DNA of 64,000 nt from Harriotta raleighana (taxonomy: Eukaryota). The notes beneath the pieces are model-generated. The model was given only the letters and a program-made list of their open reading frames with translations, had not been told where the DNA came from and did no database searches. Shown here one piece after another: positions 1 through 12,014 of the stretch; the first letter of the stretch is position 1, and each line of letters opens with the position of its first letter. The stretch spans positions 5,366,196 through 5,430,195 of the forward strand of contig JBNZDD010013720.1 of the NCBI GenBank assembly GCA_050575255.1, read 5' to 3'. A program made the translations under genes and the position numbers.

Positions 1-846
1 CTCTCCTTGAGTCTTACCTCCTCATTGATCATGTGTGAGTAGGAGGAGATTGACAGTAGTTACAGCAAAATCAAGAAATCCATTCCGCCCATCCTACTGG
101 AACAGGATTGGGTGTTCTCAGGAGTCAGACAAAAGCACTACTTGGAATAAATTGCTTTTTTCTTTTAAGAGATGATTGAAAAGTAAAATCAAATGCATTT
201 CAGGCAGAGGTGATGTACTTTTACAATATAGAACCCTCAAGATTTCTATTTCCTCAAATGAAATTGACTGAATAACAACTTACCAGCAATAAAAATCCTG
301 AAGAAGCAATAAGAACTAAGAGGCCAAGATATTCCTCAAACTGCTAAGTTAATGATTTTGTTTGCTAACACAGGCTGAATTTCTCTATATTTCAAAGAGA
401 TCCATTGCATTGTTCTGCTTAACATTAAGAAATGCTTTGAAGTTTGAAATGCAACATTTATTAGGTAATGCAATATTGTCACTGTGACATGTAAACTGTG
501 GAAATGTTATGAACATATTCAGTTTATTGCAATTTCTGTAGCTTTGAAATATGTGAGGACAGGGAAAAGACACTCACTCACTGCAGACACACTGAAAGCT
601 ATTGTAAATCAATGTTTAAAGATTCAAATGTCTACGCTTTAGACTATAATGTACTTGCATCTTAAACATGGTTTATGGGCTGAGACATAATTGATACAGC
701 ATCATACCAGTAACTGCGTTCGTAAGTTATAGAATTTTCCCCATGATTTGCCCTGAGGTAATGTCCTGAATTTTAAATTGAAGGGCCTTATTACTGCATA
801 CCAGCTGCCTCATATGGCTTTTTTTTTATTTCCGTATTTTCCATTA

Positions 847-1013
847 NNNNNNNNNNNNNNNNNNNNNNNNNNNNNNNNNNNNNNNNNNNNNNNNNNNNNN
901 NNNNNNNNNNNNNNNNNNNNNNNNNNNNNNNNNNNNNNNNNNNNNNNNNNNNNNNNNNNNNNNNNNNNNNNNNNNNNNNNNNNNNNNNNNNNNNNNNNNN
1001 NNNNNNNNNNNNN
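847..1013. other. assembly gap
   Basis: Run of N. Confidence 0.99.
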
Positions 1014-1436
1014 TCTCTCTCTCTCTCAATGAGACTGAGATGGGGGAAAGCAAAATGGAGCGAAAGTGTTGTAGGTAGGTTGATACAGAGAGAGAAAGAA
1101 AGAGGAAAGGGAGAATTGGGACAGAATTTATGTGATGGATTCAGACTGAATATCTTTGAGGGTGTGTGTGTGGGTGTGCTGGCCATTAGGTCTAAACTCA
1201 TTGCTTTTTAAAGTCGCGTTTTGTTTACCTCCATCGAACCAGTGCTGCAATTGCGAAGTTAAGTATAAATAATAATGTACTAATAGAATATTCTGTTATT
1301 ATTTAGTCTATTATTAATATGGTATGTGTTAAAATAATTTTTAATTTATAATTTTTTTAACAAAATTTCAATCAGAAAAACGTTTTAACCACCACTGGCC
1401 AGGTCCCGTGGGTGCCGGATAAACTAGGTTTTACTA
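1014..1436 (-). mobile_element. pogo/Tigger-like MITE, subtype B, other end lost in gap
   Basis: Ends GGGTGCCGGATAAACTAGGTTTTACTA followed by TA; its 3' ~230 bp resemble the reverse complement of the start of the 36337 copy; CT/GA simple repeat internally. Confidence 0.75.
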
Positions 1437-1708
1437 TATTTGTGCGAAACCTTTCCTACATCCATGCAAAACAGGTACATTATTTACTGCCAGTCACTCT
1501 TTCTAGAAATGGTATCTGCCAAACAATACAGTTTTGTGTTGGGAAAATGTAAAAAGACAATGTTGCTGACATCAGTTTCAAAAGGGAACTAATAGATTCA
1601 AAAATAAACCAGGGAATGCAGAAGAATTTTGAGTGACTGAAAGCTGGAGTCAGAACTGGAATAAAACCACAAGTTACTTTCAGGTGTGATTTAGCTTTGT
1701 TCCAAAGT

Positions 1709-2150
1709 GTAGTCTTGTAGTTCAGTGGTTTGAGTGCTCGCCTCACAAACAAGAGACCTGGGTTCGATTCCCAGTAGGGCAAAATGTTGGAAAAGTTTTC
1801 TTAGTCCACACATCTCTGATTACCTATCAAGCAGTATGTAGGATCCTGAAACAAAAACAGAAGTTGCTGGGGAAACTCAGCAGGTCAGGCAGCATCCATG
1901 GAGAAAAGAAAACGAGTCAATGTTTCTGGTCCACGACACTTCGTAGGAACCTGGTTGTTAGTCGATTGGCAGGTTGCTTTAGGGTGAGGGGGAGTCACTC
2001 AATCTACATATGTTTGTGGGACACAGCTGTGCATAATTGATCGCCTACATTCGCCAACAAAATATAGCCAATTCATTTTGTGGTATATTCTGTGAAGCTC
2101 TTTTAGGTGTCTCAAAGACGCGATATAAGATGCTATATCAAATTATCTAT
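1709..2150 (+). mobile_element. tRNA-derived SINE (long subtype) with Deu-like core and L2-type tail, interrupted at 1849-1942
   Basis: A box TAGTTCAGTGG, B box GGTTCGATTCC, core GTTTGTGGGACACAGCTGTGCATAATTG, tail TTCTGTGAAGCTCTTT...GCTATATCAAAT. Confidence 0.85.
1849..1942 (-). mobile_element. Penelope-like terminal-repeat fragment with truncated hammerhead motif
   Basis: Reverse complement reads GAAGTGTCGTGGACCAGAAACATTGACTC...GGATGCTGCCTGACCTGCTGAGTTTCCCCAGCAACTTCTG, matching the 31353 copy; flanked by GTAGGA(T/A)CCTG at 1838-1848 and 1943-1953. Confidence 0.7.
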
Positions 2151-5100
2151 ATCAAATTATATCAAGGATTATTATTATTAATAATCTCTTGTTTCTGTAG
2201 CTTTCATTTTGGGCAGTTTAGTTGGAGTGTTTTTAGTGTACCAAACAATCACGAAAAAACCCTGCTGAAACTAGTCACTGAAAAATGTTTTTTTTTAATG
2301 TTTGTTATTCCTTCAATTAATTTATAATCTCTGAATCTTGCCAGTAATTTAAAGTTATTTTTATGTAGATTCAATTCATTATAGGGAAGCTGCAAGTCGG
2401 ATTGTCCCTCACAAGATTGCAGGGAGTTAGTGACAGCTATTTAAGGATTTTTAGGTCACCTTTGCTAGGCTGCCAAGGGGGAATGACAAACCAAGTAAAC
2501 ATGATTTCAGTGTAATTGTAACATACATAATTGAAATAATTATAATATTACTTTTATTTGAATCATTATTAGCGATTTTATTCTGTGGAATCATTTGGAG
2601 CATATTTACTCATTTAAATTGCTTNGTTATAGAATTTTCCCCATGATTTGCCCTGAGGTAATGTCCTGAATTTTAAATTGAAGGGCCTTATTACTGCATA
2701 CCAGCTGCCTCATATGGCTTTTTTTTTATTTCCGTATTTTCCATTAGTTATAAATGAAGATCTATTGATATGAGTCTGCAGGCAGGTATGCAGAACCATC
2801 ATAATGCAATAAATTTTAGATATTCCCATTGATTAGATGCTGGTCACTGGGTAAAGAAAATGTTACTGTTGTAATGTTTTCAAATTTTGTTTTTGAAGAC
2901 ACAACTTTTCAAAACAGGAAGGATAGTTGGTTTCTTGGAGCTAAATAGTTTTGCCAAACTGCCTTAAAACCACGATCCTCCTAATATCAGTGCTAGGCTG
3001 TCATAGGGTAATGGTTTGGGCAGATATTGTAAACACAACCACAGGGTAATTTATATTGAAACTAGAAGAATTTATCAGTCACATCATTAACCAAGCCATC
3101 ATTTTCCCAGAGAAAGTAATAAAGTAGAGATTGCCAGCTGTTACAATGTGGCATGTCAGATGTAGATACAGCCTAGAAATAAATAGGATATTTAATGTAG
3201 TGCGTTCTGTATTTTGAAACACCATATCTTCCACTACATCTGTAAACTTAAAACCATACTGCATTATATAACCTTACCATGGCCTCATCCTAATTAGTCA
3301 GGTGAAAAATAACCAGATGTTATTCAGCTATGTGAAAGCCATTTGCAGTGAGTATAATATTCCAATAATAACGATTATAACGTGTAGCAGAATGTTTATT
3401 TACAAATCTCTCTTCACCATTCTTCATTTCTGCACTTGGTCAGATCCAATGCTTGCTCTGTCTTTGCAAGCTTTCTCTGTTGATTACACAATTCAGAGTG
3501 TAAAAAAATGTAATCCACTATTTTTGCAGAGAAATTTGATGGTCTACTTGAGTCCTCCTTTATGTGTTGCTGATAAAATAATGTTTTTCTAGATTAGCAA
3601 TAACTGGTTTATTATTCCTTACAACTGGTGATTATTTGGAATAAACTGTTTCTGTGGATCAGTTCCAGCTTTTTACCCTCAGTACTATAAAAGCGCAAAT
3701 ATCACAGTTAAACTGCTTTGTTGCTGTGTTAGTAATATTAAACTACTAAAATATTAAAACATTAGATAAATAAACATTTTTGAATGCAACAACATCCTAT
3801 TCTTGAAAAAAAGTTCTATCTTTTTTGACAATCTTCTAACGTGCTGAGGGTGTTGTTGACTCATTGTGATTAGTTCCACTAGGCCTCTACTACCTCATCC
3901 AACTTGAGTCTTGACAAGTGTGAAATAAAATAGTGAGTTACCTTGGAGGACATCACAGCTGAATTGTGCAGAAGTTACTGAAAACAATAAGACAATTACA
4001 TTTGTAGAGCACCTTTCACGTCGGGAGGATGTCACAATGCGCTGAAAAGTATTAGTGTGTGGACCCTAATGATTTCCTTTCCTCTACCCCCACAATGCCA
4101 AATATCAAGATATTGTACTAGGGCAAATTGCAGCTCACTCAATTGGCACATTTGATGAGATGAAGTAACTCCTCATATAGGTGAAGTGAACCTGCAATCT
4201 TCTGGTCTTCTAACACTTCGAGATGCTACCTGCAATGTGAATGTGAATTTGTTGCCTTCACCCAGTTAGATAATTGATGGATCTTTATCTTAAACAATTT
4301 TATGTTAAAAGCACCCTTGCTCACCTCTGTGTCTTATATCCATTTATACAAAAGTTTTTCATTGGCAGAAAATGGTCTTACAGGGTCAGAGATCATATAT
4401 ATGAGTACATCTAGCTCTGCTTCAATTTTCACATGAAAATCAGACATGAATATCATGGGTTAAAGGCCAGCTAAGTCTTTGAATGGACAAGATAGGAAGC
4501 TACAAGAGATTTGTAGATGGTAGCTGTGTTAAATTGATTGATTTCACACCAGTATTCATGAATAAAGACTGCACAAAAATCCAGATCCATTCATTTTGGC
4601 TCTAATCTGACATCAGGAGACGGCTTGTTATCAAAAACTCAAAGAATTAAAAGCCTACAAGGAAATGAAACTAGGCTAGATAGAGTCTAGAATATGGTTC
4701 ATAATTTAGGGAATTCTGTAAAACACTGTAATTGGATCTCACAACAAAATAATAAAAATGTTATTTCTTTTAAAAGCAAAACGGTTTATTTCTTACTTTC
4801 CTGGTTTAAGATTGTGATTCTTTGGCTGTGAATTTCACAATTTAATATTTGTTAAGTAGAAGCCATAATTAATGCAAAAAAATCATTTTCTGAATGTTTT
4901 ATATTAGACCCTTGTTTGGACAGGGAGAGCAGATGGGTTTAAAATGACCAAGGATTGAGGAGGGTGAGCAATTAAACGTTTTTTTGTAAATACCGAGTCT
5001 CAGCTATTTTACCAACAAAAGCAGCTGATCCTGTGTCTATGTTGTTTTTCAAAAAATAATAAATGACATATATGCTTGGAAAATATTGGCGATTGTAGCA

Positions 5101-5739
5101 ATAGGCAGGCACAGCCTGAGATAAAGAGGAGGCAGAATAGATACTGTGGAGTATTGGGGGTAAAAATTTCATGGTCTATAGAAGTAGATGGTCTGAACAG
5201 AGAGTTGGACATTCTTCATTCCATGCTTTCTTGAAGTGTGGATTGAAGTGAGAATAACAATACTGCCAGACAAAATGACATTACGATTCCTCTGCTAATC
5301 TCAAGTATTTGTGATAAATAGTTATGATTTCATATTATCTCGCTGTATCTTGGCTACCATTATAGAGACACCAATATTGAACATGGATTTGGAATGGCGG
5401 AATAAGTCTGTGTTTCAATATCGATGGAAGATATGTCGTGAATTTCATTTTTGTCCTTGATAAAAATACATACACAGCCCAATCTTTCCAAAAGATGGTT
5501 TACATTGTTCTTTTCCTCCAATACTCTGTTTTGTTGCTGTGGTATTAGTGACATTAAATAGCATTCTAAAGGTTTGCACAATTCAAATAATTATTCAGAA
5601 CTTTGTTTGACCACTGTAGATCAGAGAATATTTGTCTAAGGTTCAATTAGATGCCAGATAGATTTCCACTGTGTCTGGCAACATTTACAACCCTCTTTTC
5701 TGCACTTTATTGCTGCTAGACCCTGGGATACCTGCCAGT

Positions 5740-6300
5740 ATTCTCTATTTACCTTTGACACTGTTGACCACTCTATCCTACTCTCCTCTCACCTCAACCT
5801 TTAAGGTTCTGTCCCTGGGCTGCTGAAATCATCATCCATGCATTTATTACATCTAGGCTTAACTATGCAGAATATGCTTGTCAGACTTCCCAACTCTTCC
5901 TTCCACAAGCTGCAGATTATCCAGAAATCCGTAGGAAATCATGTCCTTTCCCGCATCAGGCGCTGTGATCCTATCACCTCCACACTTGCCTGGCTCCACT
6001 TTATCCTCCAGATGATAAAGGTCAAAATCCTTTCTGCTCCCTCCTCTCCACAGGCACCAGCCTTCACGTCCTTTAGGCCTTTAGCATCTGTGCCTTCGCT
6101 CTTTGGACTTCCCACAGTTCCTTCACCTTGATGGCTCTCGCTTCCTCAAAGATACATCTCAAGGCACTCCTCTTCAACCACACTTTCGATCACCTTCTGA
6201 CCCCTAACCTCCCTGGCCTCTAATCCCTCCTGTTGGCAACCATCTGCTCGAGTCAAATCACTAACTGTTCGTGAAAGTTGCTACACAATTTGTTGTTGTT
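5740..6300 (+). mobile_element. degenerate L2 (LINE2) 3' fragment
   Basis: Frameshifted L2 ORF2 C-terminal motifs (FDTVDHSIL, IHAFITSRLNY, LHKLQ-like/IIQ, DPITSTLAWLH) and (TTG)n tail. Confidence 0.8.
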
Positions 6301-7115
6301 GCTGCTTGAGAATTAAGGGAAGTAATGTGCTGACACTACATAAATTGTGAAACATAGTTCTTGCTGCAGTTATTTAAAAGTGATTGAATTTTCACAATGT
6401 TGTTAGGTTTCCTATAGTCACAGTCCTATCTACAGTATTTAAGATGTGGCACAATGTCTGCCAACCAATTTCAATTGCTTCTGAGCATGATTTTTAAATT
6501 GTTTGAAGCCTTGAATGTCTGATTCCATTCAATGGAAGTCGCATTTGGAAAGAAGCCAAGATTGTTGTCAGCAACAGCAAATTTGTAAGTGTGATGTTTA
6601 GTCATTGGTTTAGACAGTTATGATTTGCTTCTGAATCCAAAATATTGACCCTTGGAATACTGAGTTTCTGAGAATACTTTGTCCGGAATCATTCAAATAT
6701 AGATAATGGTTTCGCCTGCAACTAAACTATTCATTAAGGTATTTGCTTGCTGGGTTTAAAACATTCCTGGACCATTGAGTCTTGTTGATCAACCAGCCAT
6801 CAATTATGTATTTCCTCAGAACAAATTCAATACTACTTACCTCCCCTTTCCACCACAAGAGAATAACTTTTAGATTCTGCAGTTATTTCATTGACTCCAA
6901 AAATGTGATGATTAAGTGGATTTGAACCCAGAACAATTTGGTTTCAAGTCGATGCTTGATGCCCAATCTACTCAGGATGGTCACTGCTGACACAGTTGTA
7001 CTAAAAATGGTTTTGACAAAAGAAAGCAGAAGATAATGATAAATGGAAAGGCACTGTGTGAGCGGACAAAAGCACTTGAAATTACACAGGGGGTTCCGGA
7101 CCTTTTTTGTTAATA

Positions 7116-7959
7116 CAGTAAAACCTTGTTTATCCAGTACCCAACCAAACGGCATACTCAACCAACCGGTATCTCCCAATACAATTCACCGTTTCAGCAA
7201 CCGGATCTCATTCTGTAGTCATCTGGGACCCTCCCAGTACAGTATGCTCACTTTGTGCATGCGTGGCGCATGCAGAGCCGGCACTAACTTTAGGCGAACT
7301 AGATGGTTGCCTAGGGCGCCGGATCAACATATTAACAGCTGCAACAGTTGCGGGGATAGTACCTGAACTCCCTCTCCCCTCTTGCTCTCTGTACACCGAT
7401 TGGCTAATGGTCTGTAGACTGATTGGCTAACGGTCTGTACACAGATTGGCTAACGATCCCCACCGGTCATGCCAACCTGGCGTCCCATTGGTCACCACTT
7501 GTGTCAACCAGATGGGCGCTGTTCACACCCCACCAACATATTAGGTTGAGTTCACTTATAATGGCCTGCCCTCAAGCCTGCTCATGCCCTTTGCTATTGA
7601 CCTAATCAATTAATATGGTAACTTCACTTCTTTTTGAATAAAATAACAATTATACATATATATAGATATCTCGAAGCACGATACAAATAAAACCACCATT
7701 ATCAGGGTGGGGGAGACGAAGAAAGCCGTTCTTTTCCGAACACTGGAATGCTTTTTTACCGATCATTTTATCGAGTGTACTGGAATGCTTTATTGGTAAG
7801 TATCCATGCAATATTTTGTTATTATTTAGTCTATTATTAATATGCTATGTTTTAAAATCAGTTCATTTTTTTTGTTGGATTTTGGGCAAACTCGAATATC
7901 CGGCATATTTGATTAATCGGCAAAGGTCCTGAGGGTGCCGGATAAAGAAGGTTTTACTG
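7116..7959 (+). mobile_element. pogo/Tigger-like MITE, subtype A, 844 bp
   Basis: TIRs CAGTAAAACCTTGTTTATCCAGTACCC and GGGTGCCGGATAAAGAAGGTTTTACTG; TA on both sides (7114-7115, 7960-7961); no transposase ORF. Confidence 0.9.
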
Positions 7960-8469
7960 TACTATGATTCATTCAATTTAGCTGGAGAGGAATCTGATGT
8001 AACATTTGTTACATAAATAGGTGACAAGTGTAAATTAGATTATTAGCATTCAGAAGGCCAGCAAAATCTGTGGTCTTGTGAAGACAAGAAGTGGAATTAA
8101 ATATGATTGAATGTTACAGATATTTGAATGATAAACAGTATATAATGAATAGACTTTAATTAGCATAACATGTGTTAGAAATCTACTGGTGAATGCCTTG
8201 GTATCAATTCATTGGGGTCCTGTCTGTAAATATACATTGATATGTTGTGCACATTTTTTGACAGCAGTGAAACCACATACTATACCCTGTAGAATTAACT
8301 TTTATGTAGAGCAGAGGGCTGTGAGAATAAAGCCATTCTGTGGCTTTCTGCATTGTAAAAATTAAGTGACTTCCATTTGCCCAATCATACCTGTGCCTTA
8401 ATCTGCCTCAATGCCAACGATAGACCTATGGAAAGTACCAAATTTCTTCTTCCCATGTCTGTTAACTCA

Positions 8470-8670
8470 GCCCTGGCATGGAAAGTTATGGGTTGAAATT
8501 CCATAATCTTGTAACTCAGAATCAGGACGGACATTCCATGTAATACTGAGGATCATGGCATTGTGATACCTCCTGCTTGAAAGAGACTTTAAACTGGCCC
8601 GTTCTTCAGGTGGATGCTAAAGGTTCCATGGCATGATTCAATAAAAGAAAGCACTGTCTCCCAGTGTCTT
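8470..8670 (+). mobile_element. old Deu-domain SINE fragment (SacSINE1/AmnSINE1-like)
   Basis: TTCAGGTGGATGCTAAAGGTTCCATGGCA...TCTCCCAGTGTCTTG resembles the recalled Deu-domain consensus. Confidence 0.55.
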
Positions 8671-10085
8671 GTTTGCAGAATTTTGCTGTACAGAAAATGG
8701 TTCTTGCATACAATGAAGTAATGGAACACAATTCCTCACATGTTGTTGGCATTATAAAAATGCAGATCCTTTTTAATGTGTGAGACATTGAAAGGGAAAA
8801 TATTTATAATGAATATAATGGAACATGACTTCTGAGTATCCTTTGATTATACAAAATGTGACATAACAGATAGAGGACATTTCCTACAGCCTCCTGGGAA
8901 AAAGGAGAGACCATTCACATTTCCCATGGTCAAGTGTTTCAGAAATAAGCAATTCTTTGAGGTTTTTCCTTAACAACTCGTAACATTTTGATTTCCATCA
9001 TTTACAAAACTGCTTTCATTATCAAAACCTACAAAGTCATTCAATGGCAAGTGAGCAAGAATTGGGTATGATAGGTACGAACAGACACACTGCCTTTTAT
9101 CGCAACCCAATTTGAGTTCTGAAGGAGTAACCAAAACGGATTCCAGATGAGATTAAAGAATTGGATCGTTGATCACATTATCCAGTAGTGACACTGCTCC
9201 ACCCACCAGCAGTTCTCAGAACAGCTGCTTTGCTTAATTAGACTTTGACATACAATTAAATTTCTAATTCTTCCTAGTCATGGTCAGAGTTGATGGATCA
9301 ATTGATGGATATGAATGGCATTACAACCTGCAGCTCGATTAGATCTCTTCTTTCCTGGCAGTTTTGATTTAGTTATTAAAGAGTGCACCTAATTCAGGCT
9401 GACATCAAAATCAGATTGTACAACCTCACTTAATTTCTTTTCCCTAGTTCAAGAATTCATTTAAACTGAATGAGATTGATGCTTTAGCTGCATGGCATAC
9501 ATTTCAAATATACGTCCTCACATTCTGGGATTCTCATGTGATGGTGAGTGTTTAGTTATATACAGATGTAATTCAAAATGTTTGTTTGTTTGCAGCTGAA
9601 AGTATAAATGTGGCATTTGAAAATGTATACATTTTGGAAATAAGAACTATCACTAAAATCAGAGTTCCTAGTTGGGATCTAATATCCACCGATATCACAT
9701 GAGTTGCACCAAAAGTAGACTGTGTCAGTGTGGTAGAATTATGGTTTCCTTATTATTCAATCCCCTTTGGAAGTCACCATGCATTAAAGCTGAATTGAAA
9801 AGATTGAAAAGAATGGCAGAGTTGTCAAGTCCTTATAAGGTTGTGCCTGAACAAGAAACACAACTTGTGCAAGTCCTTTACACTTGTTATATATATGATT
9901 ATATATATTTAATACCACTAAATAATATCTATGGTTTCTCTCTCTGTATATATAATATATATTTATGTGTGTGTGTGTCTCATGGATAAATTTATATTAC
10001 AGTATATACATATGTGTATGCAATGCCTTGGGATGCCCTCCCAATGTCAAAGGTACTTTACAAATGTAAATTTGTTGTTATATTT

Positions 10086-10450
10086 AGGTGTCAGTCTGGC
10101 ACAGTTTGTAAACACTCTCAACTATGTATGTTGACAGTATGTTGGGTTTAAGCCCCACTTTGGGATTTTAAACTCACAGTCTAGGCTGGCACTCTAATGC
10201 CATTGCTGTGTTGTGCTGCATTTTTGGAGGCATCGTTCTTCAGGAGCAACGCTAAACCATGATCCAGTCTGCCTGCTCTGACGGATGTTAATGATCCCAT
10301 CACCCAATTCAAAAAAGAAAGGAGTTTCTCTCTGTGTCCTGGCAAACATTCCTTCAGACAAATTCAGTTATGCAATTCATGGCTGCTTATGGGATATTGG
10401 TGTGTGCAACTTAGGTGTCAAGTTCGCCATTATCACAACTTTAAAGTATA
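10086..10450 (+). mobile_element. old near-complete Deu-domain SINE (SacSINE1/AmnSINE1-like)
   Basis: tRNA-like head (GGGTTTAAGCCCCACT), then TCTAGGCTGGCACTC...GGAGGCATCGTTCTTCAGGA...GGATGTTAATGATCCCAT...GTGTCCTGGCAAACATT in Deu consensus order. Confidence 0.7.
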
Positions 10451-11310
10451 ATAATGATATAAATCCTCATCAGCAAGTAATATAACTTCACGGTTGAAGA
10501 AAATTCAGCTAAAATGATTTACATTTAAATCACCAATGATGAGGAATGGAATCAACCAAAAAAGCTAGCATTTTGGGAAACCATATGCGTCAAGCTGGTA
10601 GGATTTTCAAGAGTATCCCACACTGATATACATAATATGGTTGGTAAAAGGGAAGAAACAAATAAATTATGAGTCCTGTGCAGTGGAACTAGCTCCAATT
10701 TCACAGGCAATTTCTTTACAAAGTAGCAGCACTGGGAAAGGAGAAGGGTTAAATTGCTTTGCTTCGAAATTGTTATTTTCTCTTCTTGCTGGTGGGATTT
10801 CTTTAGCAAACTCGAAGTCTATTAACACGGATGTTTCCCTTGACAGCAAAGCATTGCCTTTATCCAGTCATTCGTAATAAACACAGACACACAATTCCTG
10901 GAAGTGCACAGCAGCCAGACGGTCCAGACTCGAATGGGATTAAAATGATTGCATATGCAAACTAAAATGTTTCCAGTTAATTGCCCCCACTGGACTCGAT
11001 TATTTTCCCTTGAGGCACTTGCAAAATGGCCATTTCAGTTAAGAGTGGTACTTCCCTTGCAGCTTTACTATTCTACAAATTAGTTTGGGAATGGACGATT
11101 AATCCGTTTGTAACAGAATAGTACAAAGTGGAATTTCTCAAACTATGGCCATAACCTTTGCAGCTTTAGCATCAGAATGCAAAAAAAATCTAAGGCCATT
11201 GATTTAGCCAATCAAACAGATTCTGTTCACAGATCAAGCCTACATCTTCTTTGTTTATTTTTATGATTTAGTTATTTGACACTGGTATTCACAGATATTA
11301 CTGCTCTTTT

Positions 11311-11689
11311 AATAAAAAAAATAATAATCCTTGTATTTGATATAGTACTTTACACATGTTCTAGATGTCTCAAAGTGCTTCTTAGAATATACTGTAAAGT
11401 GAATTGATTGTGTATTATGTAGGTGAAATGTTGCAGCTAATTGTGCACAGCAGTGTCCCACAACAGTCGAGGATTGAAATGACCAATTTTTTTTAGGGAT
11501 TATTATTATTATTCCGTATGGAAAATTGNAGCAGTGTCCCACAACAGTCGAGGATTGAAATGACCAATTTTTTTTAGGGTTTATTATTATTCCATATGGA
11601 AAATTGCCCAAGCGTTCCCCCTGCCTGGAATCGAACCCAGATCTCTCGCTTGCAAAGCAAGTACTCTAACCACTGAGCTACAGGACTCC
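11311..11689 (-). mobile_element. tRNA-derived SINE (short subtype) containing an N-join duplication
   Basis: Reverse complement starts GGAGTCCTGTAGCTCAGTGGTTAGAGTACTTG...GGTTCGATTCC; same core and tail as the 29563 copy. Confidence 0.9.
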
Positions 11690-11715
11690 ATATCCCCCCA
11701 GAGTCAATCAGAGGA

Positions 11716-11967
11716 TAGGCCAGGAGGTCTATTTGGCCTGGGCCTCAAACTCAAAGAGGGCCTCAAATTTAGACACTCGTTAATTCTTTTGGCATTTGTT
11801 AAGTTTCGCGACTTGTTGGTTTTATGTGCCACTCTTTCAAACCAAAATGTGACTCTCAGCTTAGAGGGGAAGAGGGTCTGGCCAGGGGCCTTAAAAGATT
11901 TTTTTATAGCCAGCGGCCTCAAAAGTTGGAAGTGGCCCGGGCCTCTCTGAACCATTGAAAGGGCCTG
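11716..11967. mobile_element. possible old hAT-like MITE
   Basis: Ends TAGGCC...GGCCTG with about 8 GGCC(T/C) motifs clustered at both ends; no TSD visible. Confidence 0.4.
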
Positions 11968-12014
11968 ACCATACCTCCCACACCTCACTTACTATACAGA
12001 AACTGCTGTACCCT

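Noticed and set aside
11449-11606. Tandem duplication of about 80 bp
   Set aside because: Copies are separated by a single N (11529) and differ slightly; typical unmerged haplotype or contig overlap.
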